From Candidatus Daviesbacteria bacterium (lineage in GTDB: Bacteria; Patescibacteriota; Microgenomatia; Daviesbacterales; UBA10151), in contig JAUYKM010000009.1 in assembly GCA_030699125.1 (NCBI GenBank), positions 108,647 to 172,646 on the forward strand: DNA of 64,000 nt, read 5' to 3'. A program made the translations under genes and the position numbers. Position 1 is the first letter of the stretch. Each line of letters opens with the position of its first letter. Shown piece by piece: positions 63,386 through 64,000 of the stretch. The notes beneath the pieces were generated by a model. The model was not told the origin of the DNA and made no database searches. It worked only from the letters and a program-made list of their open reading frames with translations.

Positions 63386-64000
63386 TTATTTCCTCCTGAA
63401 TTTTGAATTTGATTTAACAACTTGTTGTAATAGTGTAGGAGTATATCCAAATTTCTGGGCTGTTTTTATAAGAGCAGAAAGGTCTTTTGGTAAGCATCTT
63501 CCCCCAAAACCTCTATTTTGGGGAAATACCCCACTATGAGATTTGTCTACCCTTGGATCAAGGGCCCAACCTTCCCAAACTTTATACCAATTTGCCCCGA
63601 GTTTCCTACATATTTCGAACATCTCATTTACGAAGGTAACTTTAGTTGCTAGATAGGCATTCTCCATATATTTAATAAGTTCTGCCTCTTTTGCATTGCA
63701 AATATAATATTTTTTATATGGTCCTAAAATAGGAATGAAATAATCCATAATTTCTGTTGCATCTTTCTCTTCTCCTCCAATAATAAGGTATGGCCAATCC
63801 TTTGCAGACGACCATTCTTTAGGAATCCAATAAGAAAACTCTCCAAAATATTCAGGAGACATACAAATTCTTTTTTTATACCTTTTTCTCAATCGATCTG
63901 TTGTCCCAGGTTCTACCGTAGACTTGATTAAAATAAGAGGAGTTTTCAACCATTTAACAGATGATTCAACAGCGGAGACATCACAGCTGCCATCCTTATT
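63386..64000 (-). CDS. UDP-glucose 6-dehydrogenase family protein, 5'-truncated by the window end (the gene continues beyond 64000).
   Basis: The minus-strand frame stays open from the annotated TTG to the window edge. It carries 'LIKSTVEPGTT' (the KSTVPvGT motif), 'GFGGRCLPKD' (the catalytic Cys motif) and 'KEAELIKYMENAYLATKVTFVNE'. Confidence 0.8.
   Translation of the reverse strand, partial: NKDGSCDVSAVESSVKWLKTPLILIKSTVEPGTTDRLRKRYKKRICMSPEYFGEFSYWIPKEWSSAKDWPYLIIGGEEKDATEIMDYFIPILGPYKKYYICNAKEAELIKYMENAYLATKVTFVNEMFEICRKLGANWYKVWEGWALDPRVDKSHSGVFPQNRGFGGRCLPKDLSALIKTAQKFGYTPTLLQQVVKSNSKFRRK

Noticed and set aside
1-64000. Search for CRISPR arrays, tRNA or rRNA genes, transposases, integrases and phage genes.
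   Set aside because: No regularly spaced repeats, no cloverleaf-like GC-rich 75-nt segments in the few intergenic gaps, and no DDE or tyrosine-recombinase motifs were seen. The paralog arrays are diverged at the DNA level and are not IS copies.

Overview
This 64 kb window is AT-rich (roughly one third GC) and extremely coding-dense, with no rRNA, tRNA, CRISPR array, transposase or integrase found. The genes form long co-directional operons whose boundaries often overlap by 4 nt (ATGA) or 1 nt (TGATG). TGA serves as a stop codon. Nearly every gene belongs to cell-envelope glycosylation. There are about 25 large polytopic membrane proteins that look like lipid-linked-sugar (GT-C type) glycosyltransferases, falling into several paralog families. 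(1) Ten GT39/PMT_2/ArnT-like proteins with the N-terminal loop D-E motif, six of them consecutive at 27045-36462. (2) Four tandem paralogs at 2565-9364 sharing an 'HHDD...PCRW(V/I)PD.GYG.GYPLFN(F/Y)Y ... DLYVRG ... SHN ... WGYGAS ... QFPWRF' signature. (3) Three paralogs with an 'HD(G/S)xWHI...P(P/F)xNP...G..L.NYH(Y/F)FxD' signature; one carries a 480-aa signal-peptide-led extracytoplasmic domain. (4) One YfhO-like protein on the minus strand, one PIG-V-like and one GT87/DUF2029-like membrane protein, and four further large membrane proteins of unknown family. Around these sit seven GT2 enzymes (four Dpm1/GtrB-like polyprenyl-phosphate sugar synthases, three soluble DXD GT2s), three GT4s, two MOP/Wzx-type flippases, and nucleotide-sugar enzymes. 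The nucleotide-sugar enzymes are a clear GDP-mannose 3,5-epimerase homolog, two UDP-sugar 6-dehydrogenases (one truncated at the window end), two further SDR epimerase/dehydratases, a Gfo/Idh/MocA oxidoreductase, an ATP-grasp ligase, a HAD hydrolase and a SAM methyltransferase. A few orphan genes of unknown function stand out: two paralogous small N-anchored Cys-containing proteins, a secreted helical protein, and an acidic cytoplasmic protein with its own promoter. Composition and content resemble Candidate Phyla Radiation (Patescibacteria, Microgenomates-like) genomes, which is an inference. The most notable thing here is the giant island of diversified GT-C glycosyltransferases with paired lipid-monosaccharide donor synthases, suggesting an elaborate and possibly combinatorial surface or protein glycosylation system.
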